64,000 nt of DNA, taken from the NCBI GenBank assembly GCA_000004695.1, contig CM000150.2, positions 2,528,001 through 2,592,000 on the forward strand, written 5' to 3'. The DNA is from Dictyostelium discoideum. Its lineage: Eukaryota. This document shows positions 63,243-64,000 of this stretch, piece after piece; within the stretch, counting starts at the first letter, position 1, and every line of letters starts with the position of its first letter. The notes under the pieces are model-generated. The model had not been told where the DNA came from and ran no database searches. It was given only the letters and a program-made list of their open reading frames with translations. A program made the position numbers and the translations under genes.

Positions 63243-64000
63243 ATGTGGATTATACCTCGACCCAATTATTCAGCATCTCCACTTTGGACGATTATCTTTG
63301 AAAACCAATTTTTTCAACTTTTAAAAACCAAACCTAATGACTCCCTCTTAGGTAAACTTGCAAATCTTGCAGTAGTTGCAAGTGATCAACACCCATTAAC
63401 TTTTAGAATTATTTATAAATCAAAACCACAACAAATTATTGCAGTTTCAAATAGTTTTGATATTATTAAAGTATTATTAAAAAAAAAAAAATAAAAAAAA
63501 AATAAAAAAAAAGAAAATTTACCCTAACTTCTCACTATCCACACACACACACACACATTATATTATATTTCTTTCATTCTATATATCCCCACCAACAACA
63601 ATAGGATCATTGGAATTTTTTAATTCAAGAAATTATTCCAAAAATTTTACAATGTGATGACGTTAGAGATCAATTTGTTATAACCAAAATATCAGGTATG
63701 GCAAGTTGCGGTGTTGAAGAAGAAGAAGATCAAAATGATCAATATTCATTAAAAGAATTTAAAACTCAATTTGATATAGATGAAAAATTAGTTACATGTA
63801 TGTATATATATTTATATTTATATTAATATTTATATATATTAATTGTTTGTTTGTTTTTTATTATTTTTATATATATACATAGGTTTTATTTGTACATTAC
63901 CAACTAGTATAAATGTTTTAAAACCAACACCTGGTAAAATGTTTATTACAGAGGATAAAATTTGTTTTTATACATCTAATCCACCAACTAGAATTATGAT
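63243..64000 (+). CDS. Partial gene running off the window end. The exons are about 63243-63494 or more, an exon ending at a GTATGT donor at about 63797, and a terminal exon piece at about 63882-64000. It may be GRAM/PH-like.
   Basis: Open frames 63607-63796 (...FVITKISGMASCGVEEEEDQNDQYSLKEFKTQFDIDEKLVTC) and 63882-64000 (GFICTLPTSINVLKPTPGKMFITEDKICFYTSNPPTRIM) are joined by a GTATGT...ACATAG intron. The upstream ORF is MWIIPRPNYSASPLWTIIFENQFF.... Confidence 0.3.

Overview
The window is 64 kb of very AT-rich eukaryotic nuclear DNA with the hallmarks of Dictyostelium discoideum. These are long A/T homopolymers between genes, in-frame (AAT)n/(CAA)n tracts encoding poly-Asn/poly-Gln, and short AT-rich introns with GTAAGT/GTATGT...AG boundaries. 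It is not a prokaryotic locus, so no operons or CRISPR are expected, and none are seen.

I can support about 25 protein-coding genes. Most need intron splicing to join the ORF-track fragments. I reconstructed the splices by hand from donor/acceptor motifs and frame continuity, so exon ends are approximate to within a few nucleotides.

Genes recognised by motif or domain:
- GINS subunit Sld5
- ZIP-family metal transporter
- TM9SF/nonaspanin
- UBIAD1-like UbiA prenyltransferase
- CDF (ZnT-like) zinc transporter
- C2-domain protein with PQQGYP repeats
- mitochondrial EF-G
- bZIP transcription factor
- two SDR oxidoreductases
- AAMP-like WD40 protein
- Trm44-like tRNA methyltransferase
- membrane-anchored subtilisin
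- mitochondrial carrier
- NIF3
- CBS-domain protein
- several secreted or type-I TIG/EGF glycoproteins.

There are two tRNA genes, Ser-AGA on + and Lys-CUU on -. They flank a roughly 2 kb patch of non-LTR retrotransposon debris: a reverse-transcriptase ORF fragment, an inverted partial copy, A-tailed 140-bp tandem units and a 64-nt T run. This is the classic Dictyostelium tRNA-targeted retroelement landscape.

The most interesting feature is a giant gene of about 9.6 kb coding sequence in 7 exons at 1046-11393. It encodes a signal peptide, four tandem mannose-6-phosphate-receptor-homology (MRH/CIMR, P-type lectin) repeats each ending in a C-x-Y-x-I-x-V-x-T-K-Y-A-C-P motif, more than 20 IPT/TIG repeats (some near-identical at nucleotide level), and an unusual Ala/Thr-rich hydrophobic and Cys-rich tail. 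It is a candidate P-type-lectin receptor in an organism usually said to lack classical M6P receptors.

All functional calls are from motif recognition by eye. No database search was run.
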